Part shown: positions 48,023 through 59,499 of the stretch, in pieces
Layout of the letters: the number at the start of each line of letters is the position of its first letter
Numbering within the stretch: the first letter of the stretch is position 1
NCBI GenBank assembly: GCA_043772435.1
Contig: JAYVGH010000036.1
Coordinates: forward strand, 19,375-83,374
DNA from: Bacteroidota bacterium
GTDB lineage: Bacteria; Bacteroidota; Bacteroidia; B-17B0; Aurantibacillaceae
Direction of reading: 5' to 3'
DNA: 64,000 nt
Translations under genes and position numbers: made by a program
The notes under the pieces: generated by a model
What the model saw: only the letters and a program-made list of their open reading frames with translations
The model's database searches: none
Told to the model about the DNA's origin: nothing

Positions 48023-48060
48023 TTTTCAATTAAAATAATAAATTTAAAAAAAATTAAAAA

Positions 48061-48573
48061 ATGAAAATTTCTGAAGATAAAGCTGTAACCGTAAATTATT
48101 ATTTATCGGCAAGCAAAAATAACCAACCCGAAGAATTAGTTGAACAAACAAGTTCCGAACACCCTTTTGCCTTTTTATATGGCTTTGGTGGCGTGTTACC
48201 CGATTTTGAAAGTAATTTAACCGACAAACAAAAAGGCGATAAGTTTGATTTTAAAATTGTAGCCGAAAAAGCCTACGGAATTTACGACAAAGAATATGTT
48301 ACAAAAATTGATAAACAATCCTTTGTAGTAGATGGCGAATTTGATAGCAAGCGCATTAAAATTGGCGAAGACATTGAAATGAATGACGCGGAAGGAAATG
48401 TTTTAGTAGGTAGAGTAATTGAAATTGATGAAACTGTTGTTACAATGGATTTTAATCACCCTTTAGCAGGTTTTGACCTGCATTTTATTGGCGAAGTATT
48501 AGAGGTACGTGAAGCTACTAAAGAAGAATTAGACCATGGGCATATTCATGGCGAGCATGGGCATCATCATTAA
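48061..48573 (+). CDS. slyD: FKBP-type peptidyl-prolyl isomerase, SlyD-like
   Basis: AEKAYG, MDFNHPLAGFDLHF, His-rich tail HGHIHGEHGHHH. Confidence 0.9.
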   Translation: MKISEDKAVTVNYYLSASKNNQPEELVEQTSSEHPFAFLYGFGGVLPDFESNLTDKQKGDKFDFKIVAEKAYGIYDKEYVTKIDKQSFVVDGEFDSKRIKIGEDIEMNDAEGNVLVGRVIEIDETVVTMDFNHPLAGFDLHFIGEVLEVREATKEELDHGHIHGEHGHHH

Positions 48574-48627
48574 ATCTTTAAATCTTTTAAAAAAAATTAA
48601 TATATTTAGGTTTTATTATTCTACTTG

Positions 48628-49233
48628 ATGAAAAAAATTATAATAACACTTTTTATTTTTATTTATTTTAATTCTTTCTCACAAGTAGCATTAAAAATTA
48701 TTAATTTTCGCCCAACGGGTGAATTAGGTATGTTAATGAAGCCTGCTATAACTGGTGAGTTATTTTATAAAGATTTTGATGAAGAATCGAAATTAATTCC
48801 AAGATTTGGATTGGGTTTTATAAAATGTACTCCAAGATTAGATACATTTTTAGTGCAAGGCTTAATAGTAAGTCAAACTACTACAGTAAGTCCTGGTTAT
48901 ATTACCTATCAAAAGTATAATTTATTTTATTTGTACGGAGGTGTTGATTACAAAATAAATATTTATAAAGGCTTTTCTATATATCCAGGTGCAGATGTAA
49001 ATATTGGAGGTACTGTTGTGGAATATAAATCTGAGTACCCAACTATTAGTAGCAATGATTATTCGGGTGGGTCTCCTTACGTAGGTATAAGGTTAAGGAT
49101 TGGAGCTGAGTATGAAATTAAAGAGGGAAAAGCAGCTGTTTTTATTGAAGCAACCAGAAATATGAATTTAATTCCGCGAGAAGCTTTTTTTGCTTACAAT
49201 GATTACGGAATTGGTTTTAGATATAAATTTTAA
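48628..49233 (+). CDS. Putative outer-membrane beta-barrel protein
   Basis: Signal peptide, alternating hydrophobic strands, C-terminal YGIGFRYKF. Confidence 0.6.
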   Translation: MKKIIITLFIFIYFNSFSQVALKIINFRPTGELGMLMKPAITGELFYKDFDEESKLIPRFGLGFIKCTPRLDTFLVQGLIVSQTTTVSPGYITYQKYNLFYLYGGVDYKINIYKGFSIYPGADVNIGGTVVEYKSEYPTISSNDYSGGSPYVGIRLRIGAEYEIKEGKAAVFIEATRNMNLIPREAFFAYNDYGIGFRYKF

Positions 49234-49236
49234 AAT

Positions 49237-50040
49237 ATGAAAAAGCAACTTTTATTCATACTGATCGTACTACTATTTAGTGTAATTTTTTCGTGTAGAA
49301 AAGCCAAAAAAGATATGAAAGATTATTACCCTAGCGTTAATACTGTTTCTGCAATTATTAATGAGGATGGTGATGTTATAGTTGAAGCTGAAATAACATC
49401 GAGTGGCGAAAAATCATTAGAACATATTGGTTTTTGTATGGATACAATTCCTGCACCAAAAATGTTAAGCAATCAAATTGTGGTTTCTACAATTAATGGC
49501 GGTAATTTTTCAACCAAATATAGCAACATTAACTCCACTCTATCTTACCAAAGTTTTAACCCTAATAAAACATATTATTTTCGAAGCTGGGCAACAAATG
49601 GAAATGGTTATAATTATGGGAATACTATTAGTCTTACTAATATAAAAGGTACACCCATTATTCCAACTTGCTCACTGGCTCCAAGTTATTTAAATCTTGG
49701 CACTGGTAATCCAAGCAGTACTTATTATAAAGTTAATTCACCAAGTCAAAGCGGTACATGGGATTTTCAGGCCTCAAGCTACAGCAGTGGAACTTTAAAT
49801 TTTAAATTCGGATCTCAACCAAGGAATAAGGTATTTACAACTACAACAAGTACGCCTAACAATAATGAAGTAAATGTTAGTTTTTATTCGGGATTTATTT
49901 CCGGCACATTAAATAGCGGCACATACGTGTATGTTTACGAAACCTCAACAGGCATTTATGATATTACTATTTGCCAAGCACCATGGTTATATAGTTCAAC
50001 TACGTTTTACTTAAATACCAGATTTACCTGCCCAACATAA
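49237..50040 (+). CDS. Hypothetical lipoprotein
   Basis: Lipobox IFSC; TYYFRSWATNGNGYNYG fn3-like segment. Confidence 0.6.
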   Translation: MKKQLLFILIVLLFSVIFSCRKAKKDMKDYYPSVNTVSAIINEDGDVIVEAEITSSGEKSLEHIGFCMDTIPAPKMLSNQIVVSTINGGNFSTKYSNINSTLSYQSFNPNKTYYFRSWATNGNGYNYGNTISLTNIKGTPIIPTCSLAPSYLNLGTGNPSSTYYKVNSPSQSGTWDFQASSYSSGTLNFKFGSQPRNKVFTTTTSTPNNNEVNVSFYSGFISGTLNSGTYVYVYETSTGIYDITICQAPWLYSSTTFYLNTRFTCPT

Positions 50041-50046
50041 TTTAAT

Positions 50047-52059
50047 TTACTCCAACAACAACACAGTACCTTTTAATTGTTGGTATTCGCCACGAGAATT
50101 TTTGTAATTTATTAAATACACATACGTATCAGGTGGGGAACTTTTACCGTCCCAGCCTTTTGTATCATCATTGGTTTCAAATAATTTTGTCCCCCACCGG
50201 TTATAAATACTAACGTTGTAATCTGTTTTATCTATAAAATGTGTAATGGGTAACCATATTTTATTTTTACCTGTAGGCGCAAATGCAGTAGGAATATATA
50301 ATCTGCCTTCTATATAAATTTCTTCTAAATTGGATTTACTTGTTTCTAAAAAACCATACACATCACCAAGGCCTTCAATGGCTTCAATTACATATTCTAT
50401 TTTACTGCCATTGGGTGCTTCTTCGTTAACATCATCAGTAAACGTAGTATCTGTTGGACCTTTACTGGCAATGGGTGTAGCTTTTTGAACATCGTTTATA
50501 ACACGGTAAATATTATAGCCGCTTACGTTACCATTAAAGCCTAAATAATTTGTCCATTGTAAATGCTTGGTAAAAATTTCTTCTTTATCTTCTTGTACAG
50601 TTAATAATATTGTTTTAACTAACTGGCTTTTCGTTCGCTCGTTTCCACAACCATCATTTACAACCGCTCTGTAAAAATAAAAAGTATGCTTTGTATCTGC
50701 TTGCTCATCCAACACCTCATAAAAAGGGGTGCCGTTAAACCCAACACTGGCAACTTTTGTAAACGTAATGGCATCTAATGAACGGTAAATTGTAATGCCT
50801 GTACTTGTTTTAGTTGTATCTAAAAATAATTTTAAACGTACCGATTTTTTATCGACTACGGTTGCTGTTTGAATGTAAAGAAAGCCGGGCGCCAACAACT
50901 GCTGACTAAAAAAACAACTGCGATTACTGCTTGATGTTATGTTTTTTGTTGTATTTATGGCTCTAATAAAATAACAGCAGTTTGCACCGGGTAATGTATT
51001 TGTGTGGGTAAACGCTGTTAAAGTTGTTGATCCTACTTGCAAAAAAGCACTGCCATTAACCGAATAATAAATACGATATTCCAATAACCCATTTGGAATA
51101 TTGCGATAAGGGGTCCAACTTAAATTTGTTTTGTAGGCGCAACTGTCGTATTTACTTGTTAAAAACATAGTACGGGGCAAGCTGTCATAAGTAGAAATAT
51201 TATTACAACTGTCTTTAGCCGAAACATACATTCCTACCCAACTGCTATTAGCTACATTTATTGTATATGTAAATGATGTGTTATTTACTCCATTTAGTGT
51301 AGGTGTTAGGGCAACATCTATACCACTTGTTTTTTTTAATATTACATAACCTACCACATCTAAATCGCGAGGTACATACCAGGCTATAACTGTATTACCG
51401 TTTGGTAAAACACTTATCGAATCGACAAAAGGTTGATTAGGGGCTTTTTGATCTTTGTACAAACCACCCTGTATGTTGGAAGTTGAAACACAACCGCTAT
51501 TATCTTGCAATGTAGCCTGGTAATTTATACTTGCAGAACAAACACTAATTGTATCAAAATAATTTAAAGCTGAAGTTATTGCTAAATTATTCCAAACAGC
51601 CGCCGGAAACTCTTTAACCAATACAAAAGACGCAGCCGTGCTCGCTAATTTTGGTTGATGAATAGCATTGTAAATTAATTTTACTGCCGGGGAGCCTGTA
51701 TTTTGTATACAATTTAAAAAAATAGTGCGCAGTGTATCTGAATTAAAAAAACTATTGTTGGTGTTAAACTTAGTTTTCATGTAATAGTAACGGCTTTGTA
51801 AATTTGCGTTAGCACCCGCATGCGTATATTGTGTAGTGCTTAAAGCCCCAATTGTACCAACTAAATTAAAGGGGCCGCTTAAAGATGTTGATGACCAAAC
51901 TTCAAACGATGCAAAGCTAAAAGTTGGGTCAGATGGCGAAACCCAAGTTAATTTTACATCGCCATTAGCAAATACTTGTAAACAACGCAAACTAGGCGGA
52001 TTTACCTGCGCAGCCAATTGCATAGATAAAAAAATAAGTATGACTAAAATTACTTTCAA
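50047..52059 (-). CDS. Secreted fn3-repeat protein with gliding-motility/CHU_C (T9SS type B) C-terminal domain
   Basis: Signal peptide, repeated L.W...Y.IY modules, C-terminal YIPTAFAP...IYNRWG...GWDG...YVYLI. Confidence 0.8.
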   Translation of the reverse strand: MKVILVILIFLSMQLAAQVNPPSLRCLQVFANGDVKLTWVSPSDPTFSFASFEVWSSTSLSGPFNLVGTIGALSTTQYTHAGANANLQSRYYYMKTKFNTNNSFFNSDTLRTIFLNCIQNTGSPAVKLIYNAIHQPKLASTAASFVLVKEFPAAVWNNLAITSALNYFDTISVCSASINYQATLQDNSGCVSTSNIQGGLYKDQKAPNQPFVDSISVLPNGNTVIAWYVPRDLDVVGYVILKKTSGIDVALTPTLNGVNNTSFTYTINVANSSWVGMYVSAKDSCNNISTYDSLPRTMFLTSKYDSCAYKTNLSWTPYRNIPNGLLEYRIYYSVNGSAFLQVGSTTLTAFTHTNTLPGANCCYFIRAINTTKNITSSSNRSCFFSQQLLAPGFLYIQTATVVDKKSVRLKLFLDTTKTSTGITIYRSLDAITFTKVASVGFNGTPFYEVLDEQADTKHTFYFYRAVVNDGCGNERTKSQLVKTILLTVQEDKEEIFTKHLQWTNYLGFNGNVSGYNIYRVINDVQKATPIASKGPTDTTFTDDVNEEAPNGSKIEYVIEAIEGLGDVYGFLETSKSNLEEIYIEGRLYIPTAFAPTGKNKIWLPITHFIDKTDYNVSIYNRWGTKLFETNDDTKGWDGKSSPPDTYVYLINYKNSRGEYQQLKGTVLLLE

Positions 52060-52141
52060 AAAGAGTTATAACGTACTAATTTACAAAATATTATGCATAT
52101 TTATATGTAAAATGAGTGAAAAGGGTTAGTTTTTGATTGAA

Positions 52142-52933
52142 TTATTTAATAATTAACGCTTTTGTAACTCGAGAACTTATGATTGTTGCTATTTTTGAAA
52201 AATATTTATCAATAATTTTTTTGGGATTATTTAAGGTGCTTTCAAATTCTTGTTCGGCAATGCCTGAATTTATTTCTTTTGCATCGTGGTAGGTGTACAC
52301 CGTATAATGCACTATTATTTTTCGATTTGCACTGCCTTCTCCAACTTCGCCCGGTTGTTTATTGCCACTTGCCTTAATTTCAAGTTGATTGATAAACACA
52401 AACACGTCGGTTTTGTATTTGCCATATAAAATAGTGGTTACTTTGGGATTGGTAACCTTGGCATTCATAAACCGGGCATCGGTATTGGTCTCAACATTTA
52501 ATTGTCCCTTTTCAACCTGTTTTTTATCTTTTTCTTTCTTTGGTGGTTGGTAATTGTCCTGATTTGGAATTTTTTGAAACTCGTAACTTAAATACTGATA
52601 AATACCCTCAATGTCTTTTTTATATTTGGCGGTATCTTCCATTAAATCTACCACATTGTATTTTACAGCTTTAAAGGCATTTTGTAATTGCTCGTTTAAA
52701 CCATCTCTAAATTTGTGTTTAATTTCTTTGGCGCTTAATTTAGTTTCGGTATTAATATTATAATCTATTTCGCCTAAATATAATTTTGGTTCAAAAGGTA
52801 TAAGCATTACTTTATGCGATGATGAAGTTTCGCGTTCGGTTTTATCTTTTTTATTTATAGTAGTATTTTGCCCAAAGGCATTAAAAAAGAAAAAAATAGA
52901 AGTTAAAAATATAGTTATTCTGGTAATCATCAC
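52142..52933 (-). CDS. Hypothetical exported protein
   Basis: Signal peptide ending AFG-Q; no recognised motif. Confidence 0.6.
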   Translation of the reverse strand: MMITRITIFLTSIFFFFNAFGQNTTINKKDKTERETSSSHKVMLIPFEPKLYLGEIDYNINTETKLSAKEIKHKFRDGLNEQLQNAFKAVKYNVVDLMEDTAKYKKDIEGIYQYLSYEFQKIPNQDNYQPPKKEKDKKQVEKGQLNVETNTDARFMNAKVTNPKVTTILYGKYKTDVFVFINQLEIKASGNKQPGEVGEGSANRKIIVHYTVYTYHDAKEINSGIAEQEFESTLNNPKKIIDKYFSKIATIISSRVTKALIIK

Positions 52934-52958
52934 TAAGCGTATAACTTAAAATTAAAAA

Positions 52959-54290
52959 TTAGTTACGAAGCCAATCGGTATTAGCAAAAATCATTAAACC
53001 TAATACAATAAACAAGCCAACATTGTTAGCATAATAAATTACTTTATCGCTTACTTTTTTACCGGTAACCATTTCCCACAAGATAAACATAATGTAACCA
53101 CCATCTAACATAGGAATTGGTAAAAAATTCATAAAGGCTAAAGCCAATGATAAAAAGCCTGTAAACATCCAAAAATGCTGCCAATCCCAGGTTGGACTCA
53201 TTTGTTTTACCATAGTACTAAATCCTCCTACTTGTTTATAGGCATCTTTTACTGTAAAAATTACCACAAATTGTTTGGCTTGCATAACAATTTGTTCCAT
53301 ACCATCTTTTACGCCTTCGGTAAATGAACTAAAAAAACCGAATTTCCTTTCTACAACTTTAATATCCGGAGGAGATTGATAAATGCCCAATAAACCAGCC
53401 TCGCTAACATTACATGAGGTTGTAATCGTATCTTTATTTCTTAAAACCGATAATTGTATTTTTTTAGAAATATTTTTAGATAACTGAGTTTTGTATTCGT
53501 CAAAAAATACAATAGGCGTACCGTTTACGGCAATAATTTTGTCGCCTTTTACGAAATTAGCATTGGCTGCAAAACTTGTTTTATCAACCGAATCAACAGT
53601 TCCCATTAAATAACGTGGAGCAATAAAGTTAGATTTTTTTATGCGTTTTAAAATTAAACCTCTGTCATCGTTTGTAATAGGTAACGAAAATTTTTGGCCG
53701 TTAGCATGTATTCCTTCCATGGTTTTAGCGCCGTTCATAATTAATTCAATAGGTATACGATTTACAGACGTTACCTGCTTATCGCCCAGCATTGTTATTA
53801 AATCGCCATTTCTTAAACCCATTTTATAGGCAGTGCTATCAACAGCTAAGCCGTATTTTAAATTTGCCATGGGTAAAGTTTCCTTTCCCCATACAAAAAT
53901 TGCCATCCAAAAAATTAAAATACCTAAAACTAAATTTACTATAATACCACCCATCATAACTAATAAACGTTGCCATGCCGGCTTACTTCTTAATTCCCAT
54001 GGTTTTGGTGGCGAATCAATAATCGATTTATCCATTTGTTCATCAACCATGCCGGCAATACTAACATATCCGCCAAACGGAAACCAACCAATGCCGTACT
54101 CGGTATCGCCAATTTTCTTTTTAAAAATGGCAAAATTGGCAACGTTAGCAAAAGGAAACAAAAAATCGAAGAACAAATAAAATTTTTCTACTTTACATTT
54201 AAAACGTTTTGCAAACCAAAAATGACCGAATTCGTGAAGCGTAACAAGTATAGTAAGACTTAAAAAAAGTTGAGCAATTTTTATAAACAT
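52959..54290 (-). CDS. rseP: RIP metalloprotease RseP
   Basis: HEFGH, FPFGGYV, PDZ segments, NFLPIPMLDGG. Confidence 0.95.
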   Translation of the reverse strand: MFIKIAQLFLSLTILVTLHEFGHFWFAKRFKCKVEKFYLFFDFLFPFANVANFAIFKKKIGDTEYGIGWFPFGGYVSIAGMVDEQMDKSIIDSPPKPWELRSKPAWQRLLVMMGGIIVNLVLGILIFWMAIFVWGKETLPMANLKYGLAVDSTAYKMGLRNGDLITMLGDKQVTSVNRIPIELIMNGAKTMEGIHANGQKFSLPITNDDRGLILKRIKKSNFIAPRYLMGTVDSVDKTSFAANANFVKGDKIIAVNGTPIVFFDEYKTQLSKNISKKIQLSVLRNKDTITTSCNVSEAGLLGIYQSPPDIKVVERKFGFFSSFTEGVKDGMEQIVMQAKQFVVIFTVKDAYKQVGGFSTMVKQMSPTWDWQHFWMFTGFLSLALAFMNFLPIPMLDGGYIMFILWEMVTGKKVSDKVIYYANNVGLFIVLGLMIFANTDWLRN

Positions 54291-54466
54291 AAGTTAATTT
54301 ATTATTAAGGACGTAAATATACGCAGAAAAAAACGTTGTTAAAATTAAACAAACCTCCTAATAAATTGTTATTGATTCTATTTATGAAAAAATTTAGTTA
54401 AATTATTGTAAGAATTGATTTTAGCTTTAATTTTTTGTAACTTTATGTGATAATATAAAAAATCCA

Positions 54467-55084
54467 ATGAAAAAATTAATAGTATTCTCTGCAACAGTAA
54501 TTATTTTTAGCCTGGTTTATTCTTTTTCAACCAAAAATGTAAATTTTGATGAAATTGCCATTGCTGCTACCTTACCACAAGCCGACTTAAAAATGAAAGA
54601 TGTAAGCGGAAAAGATATTAGTTTAAATGATGCTAAAACAGCTAAAGGCTTATTAGTTATTTTTAGTTGTAATACTTGCCCTTATGTAAAATTAAGCGAA
54701 ATCCGTATTAAAGAATACAGCGATTTTTGCGCGGCTAACGGCATAGGTTGTATATTAATAAATAGCAACGAGGCGCAACGTGCCGAAGATGACAGTTTTG
54801 ATGCAATGGTAAAATACCACAGTGCACAAAGTTTAAAATGTTATTATACAGTTGATGTTAAAAGTGCATTAGCTAATGCTTTTGGGGCAACACGTACACC
54901 ACAATGTTTTTTATTTAGCCCTAAAGGTTTAGCCTACAAAGGTGCTATAGATGATAACGTAAAAGATGCCGCTGCAGTTAAAGCAAATTATTTAAAAGAT
55001 GCCTTAAACGCAGTTGTAAAAGGTACAAATCCTGCTATTCAAGAAACCAAATCGATTGGGTGTAGCATTAAAAGAGTTGAATAA
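54467..55084 (+). CDS. Thioredoxin-fold (redoxin/AhpC-TSA-like) exported protein
   Basis: FSCNTCPYV CxxC, FGATRTP, YKGAIDD, IGCSIK. Confidence 0.85.
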   Translation: MKKLIVFSATVIIFSLVYSFSTKNVNFDEIAIAATLPQADLKMKDVSGKDISLNDAKTAKGLLVIFSCNTCPYVKLSEIRIKEYSDFCAANGIGCILINSNEAQRAEDDSFDAMVKYHSAQSLKCYYTVDVKSALANAFGATRTPQCFLFSPKGLAYKGAIDDNVKDAAAVKANYLKDALNAVVKGTNPAIQETKSIGCSIKRVE

Positions 55085-55161
55085 TTTTTGTGCTTAAATA
55101 AACCTTGTTCCAGGTAAAATATTTATAAATTACCCAACTTCGAATAGAGTAATTAAATTAA

Positions 55162-55353
<192 letters not shown>

Positions 55354-55418
55354 TAATATCTTTACAATTTATTTAACCAACTTATCAAATTCGATTTAAA
55401 GTATGTTTAATTTTAAGC

Positions 55419-56771
55419 ATGATTAAAAATATATTCTTAGTTTTATTTGTAATAATTTCTATTTCGGGGTTTTCGCAAACTGCCGCTACACTTTATTCTG
55501 TATGCTCCCTACCCTCAATTCTTAACGAATCATCAGGCATTGAAAAAACAGGCCCTAACACATTTTGGTCGCATAACGATAGTGGCGGGCAACCAGCAAT
55601 TTATAAATTTGATTCGAGTGGAACATTACTAAAAACGTTAACCATTACTGGGGCTACTAATTTTGATTGGGAGGATATTGCCCAAGATCATTTTAAAAAC
55701 ATTTACATTGGCGATTTTGGCAACAACAATAACGACCGTTCGGTGGCAAATAGCAACAGATTGAGAATATACAAAATTACCGATCCTGATTTAATTGCCG
55801 GCACTACTACTACTGCTGGCATTATAAATTTTGAATATGTAGATAGAAATTTTTCTGCTCCGGCGGGTAATCACAATTTTGATATGGAGGGCTTTTTCTT
55901 TTTTAACGATTCGTTGCACCTTTTTACAAAAAACCGCACCAGTCCTACTAATGGTTGGATAAAACATTACATACTTCCCAGTATTTCCGGCACTTACACT
56001 GCAATGGTGGTTGATAGTTTTAATAATGCCGGCGTACGAATTACTGCGGCAGATATTAGTCCAAATAAAAAAACTGTAGCGCTATTAGCTAACGATAAAA
56101 TTTGGTTATTTTCTTGTTTTAAAGGTTCTAAATTTATTTCTACCGGAACAAATACTGTTTTAACGTTACCAATAACACAAAAAGAAGCTTTAGTTTTTTC
56201 AACCGATTCTATTATCTACATTACTGATGAACTTACAGGCTCTATTGGTCAAAAGCTATACCGTAGCAATATTTCGGCGGCATTTCCTGCACCCGTATAT
56301 TTAAACATAACATCCTCAAATAGTGTTGTATTATGTGTTGGGCAATCAGCTACACTAAGTGTAAGTGGAGCGAGTACTTATGTTTGGAATACTTTCGTCA
56401 GTAGCGCATCTATCATAATTTCACCAAGCGTAACTACAAACTATTCGTTAACAGGTACAGCTGCAAACGGTTGTCAAAATACTGCAAATTATACTCAAAA
56501 TGTAAGTATATGCAGTGGTATCGAAGTATTAGGCAAAGTTGAAGCTAGTTTAAACATATATCCAAATCCTTTTAACGGTAAATTTACAATCTTATTAAAT
56601 CACGAAATTTCGTTAGTTGAAGTTTACAACTCATTAGGGCAATTGATATATACTACAAAAACTATTACCACAAACTTAGAAATTGATTTAAAAAATCAAC
56701 CAGTAGGAATTTATAGTGTTTGTATTAAAGTAGATGATCAAGTCATTGCAAAAAAAATTATAAAACACTAA
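55419..56771 (+). CDS. T9SS type A CTD secreted beta-propeller-like protein
   Basis: Signal peptide, ESSG, HNDSGG, DWEDI, IGDFGNN; C-terminal IYPNP...VYNSLGQ...KKIIK. Confidence 0.8.
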   Translation: MIKNIFLVLFVIISISGFSQTAATLYSVCSLPSILNESSGIEKTGPNTFWSHNDSGGQPAIYKFDSSGTLLKTLTITGATNFDWEDIAQDHFKNIYIGDFGNNNNDRSVANSNRLRIYKITDPDLIAGTTTTAGIINFEYVDRNFSAPAGNHNFDMEGFFFFNDSLHLFTKNRTSPTNGWIKHYILPSISGTYTAMVVDSFNNAGVRITAADISPNKKTVALLANDKIWLFSCFKGSKFISTGTNTVLTLPITQKEALVFSTDSIIYITDELTGSIGQKLYRSNISAAFPAPVYLNITSSNSVVLCVGQSATLSVSGASTYVWNTFVSSASIIISPSVTTNYSLTGTAANGCQNTANYTQNVSICSGIEVLGKVEASLNIYPNPFNGKFTILLNHEISLVEVYNSLGQLIYTTKTITTNLEIDLKNQPVGIYSVCIKVDDQVIAKKIIKH

Positions 56772-56842
56772 TTTTTTAAAGTTTTATAATTAGCAGAATT
56801 TCAATAACAATAATGTAATTTTACAGATATTTGAAATTTTAT

Positions 56843-58879
56843 ATGGAAAAATTAATCGATAACCCTACTTTAACTTTGTTTACAGATTTAATTTTAAAAG
56901 GTATTCCTACCGAATTGCCGGAACCAAAATCTTTTGATACAACTATTAATCATGCCCCAAAACGCAAAGCAATATTAAATACCGACGAAAAAAAATTGGC
57001 ACTTAAAAATGCCCTTCGTTATTTTGATAAAAAACACCATCCAATTTTAGCTAAAGAATTTTTAGAAGAATTAAACACCTTCGGGCGAATTTATATGCAC
57101 CGTTTTCGCCCCGATTATAAAATTTATGCTCGCCCTATTTTAGAGTATCCACATAAAAGCTTGCAAGCAGCGGCCATTATGCACATGCTGAGTAATAATT
57201 TAGACTATGCCGTTGCCCAACATCCACACGAACTTATTACATACGGTGGTAATGGATCTGTATTCCAAAACTGGGCGCAGTATTTATTAACAATGCAATA
57301 TTTAGCAACTATGACAGACGAACAAACTTTGGTGATGTATAGCGGACATCCCATGGGTTTATTTCCTTCGCCTAAAGATGCCCCACGAGTAGTTGTAACT
57401 AACGGAATGATGATTCCGAATTACAGCAAACCCGACGATTTGGAAAAATTTAATGCTTTAGGAGTAACGCAATATGGGCAAATGACTGCCGGAAGCTTTA
57501 TGTATATTGGTCCGCAAGGTATAGTACATGGTACAACCATTACAGTGATGAATGCGGCTCGTAAAAAATTTAAAACTGAACAAGAACGTAAAGGGAAATT
57601 GTTTGTTACTTGTGGTTTGGGAGGCATGAGTGGCGCACAACCCAAAGCCGCTAAAATTGCAGGTTTAGTATCTATTACTGCCGAAATAAATCCAAAAGCA
57701 GTTGCTACGCGCCATTCGCAAGGTTGGGTAGATGAAGTGTTTACCGATTTAGATAAATTAATTAAAAGAACAAAAGAAGCTCAGGCTAACCTGCAAGCCG
57801 TTAGTATAGCTTATCAAGGGAATATTGTTGATTTATGGGAAAAATTATTACACGAAAATATAACGGTAGATATAGGCAGTGATCAATCTTCACTTCATAA
57901 TCCTTGGTCCGGAGGGTATTACCCACAAAGTTTTTCGTTAGAAGAAAGCAACATAATGATGGTTGAAAACCCTGGTCAGTTTAAAAAAGAAATTCAAAAA
58001 ACATTGGTAAATCACATTAATGCAGTAAACGCTCTAAACCAAAAAGGAATGTATTTTTTTGATTACGGCAATGCTTTTTTATTAGAAGTTGGGCGCGCCG
58101 GAGGCGATGTATTTAAAAACGGAAAAGATGGTGATTTTAAGTACAACTCTTATGTGCAGGATATTTTAGGGCCTATGTGTTTTGATTATGGGTTTGGTCC
58201 GTTTAGATGGGTGTGTACAAGTGCAAATCCTGAAGACCTTGCTATGACAGATAAATTAGCGCAAGAAGTATTGGAAGAAATTTATAAAACAGCTCCCGAA
58301 GAAATTAAACAACAGCTAAACGATAATATTGAATGGATTAAATATGCTGGTCAAAATAATTTAGTGGTTGGCTCGCAAGCACGTATTTTATATGCTGATA
58401 GCGAAGGGCGCATAAAAATTGCACAAGTCATTAACAAAGCTATTGCCGAAGGAAAAATTTCGGCACCTGTAGTTTTAGGTAGAGATCATCACGATGTAAG
58501 CGGCACGGATAGTCCTTACAGAGAAACATCAAACATATACGACGGAAGTAAATATACGGCGGATATGGCTGTACAAAATTTTGTGGGCGACGCGTTCCGC
58601 GGTGCTACTTGGATTAGCCTTCATAACGGTGGCGGGGTTGGCTGGGGCGAGGTAATAAACGGCGGATTTGGTTTAGTATTAGATGGCAGCAAAGATGCAG
58701 ATCGCAAGTTAAAACAAATGTTGTTTTGGGACGTTAATAATGGTATATCGCGCAGAGCTTGGGCACGTAACGATGAGGCGTTATTCGCCATTAAGCGGGA
58801 AATGGAGCGAACACCAAATTTAAAAGTTACTTTACCAAATTTGGTAGACGAAGCAATTTTAAACAATATTAAATTTTAA
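56843..58879 (+). CDS. hutU: Urocanate hydratase (long form)
   Basis: YGQMTAGS, IGPQGIVHGT, GLGGMSGAQ, GRDHHDVSG, HNGGGVGWG. ATG at 56843 preferred over TTG at 56831. Confidence 0.96.
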   Translation: MEKLIDNPTLTLFTDLILKGIPTELPEPKSFDTTINHAPKRKAILNTDEKKLALKNALRYFDKKHHPILAKEFLEELNTFGRIYMHRFRPDYKIYARPILEYPHKSLQAAAIMHMLSNNLDYAVAQHPHELITYGGNGSVFQNWAQYLLTMQYLATMTDEQTLVMYSGHPMGLFPSPKDAPRVVVTNGMMIPNYSKPDDLEKFNALGVTQYGQMTAGSFMYIGPQGIVHGTTITVMNAARKKFKTEQERKGKLFVTCGLGGMSGAQPKAAKIAGLVSITAEINPKAVATRHSQGWVDEVFTDLDKLIKRTKEAQANLQAVSIAYQGNIVDLWEKLLHENITVDIGSDQSSLHNPWSGGYYPQSFSLEESNIMMVENPGQFKKEIQKTLVNHINAVNALNQKGMYFFDYGNAFLLEVGRAGGDVFKNGKDGDFKYNSYVQDILGPMCFDYGFGPFRWVCTSANPEDLAMTDKLAQEVLEEIYKTAPEEIKQQLNDNIEWIKYAGQNNLVVGSQARILYADSEGRIKIAQVINKAIAEGKISAPVVLGRDHHDVSGTDSPYRETSNIYDGSKYTADMAVQNFVGDAFRGATWISLHNGGGVGWGEVINGGFGLVLDGSKDADRKLKQMLFWDVNNGISRRAWARNDEALFAIKREMERTPNLKVTLPNLVDEAILNNIKF

Positions 58880-58884
58880 TTACA

Positions 58885-59265
58885 ATGCGACTTTTTTTAT
58901 TTTATACAATGATACTCTTATACATTGCAGCAGGTATTAATCATTTTATAAATCCCGAATTTTATTTAAAAATAATGCCTTCTTACATTCCTTGCAAAAT
59001 GTTTAACGTTTTTTTTAGTGGGATATTGGAAATAGCGTTCTCGGTTTTATTACTTTTTAATTCTACCCGAAAAATTGCTGCTTGGTTAATTGTAATAATG
59101 TTGATTGTATTTTTTACAGTTCACATTCAAATGCTGGTTGACAATTGGAGTAAAACCGGCATACTGTTTTGGTTACACTTACTACGCATATTATTTCAGT
59201 TTGTATTAATTTATTGGGCGTATTACTACACAAAATTTACTAAAAGTAAACAATCGCAATATTAA
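58885..59265 (+). CDS. DoxX-like membrane protein
   Basis: AGINHFINPEFYLKIMP, SGILEI; four TM helices. Confidence 0.75.
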   Translation: MRLFLFYTMILLYIAAGINHFINPEFYLKIMPSYIPCKMFNVFFSGILEIAFSVLLLFNSTRKIAAWLIVIMLIVFFTVHIQMLVDNWSKTGILFWLHLLRILFQFVLIYWAYYYTKFTKSKQSQY

Positions 59266-59499
59266 TTAATAAATACTATTTTTCACAGCCGCCCGAAAGT
59301 TTTAAATTTTCAGCAATAAATTCATTGTATTACCAATTAGAAACAATATAGTCTAATTTGGTGGTTTAAGTTTTTTTTTGGACTATATAATAAATCGATA
59401 TGTCATTACCAAAATCAATTGTAATTAAAAAGTGTGTTAAAAGTTAGGAATTAAATTTAAAATTTGGCGAATAAAAGGTTTACTGTTATTTTAGGTTCG

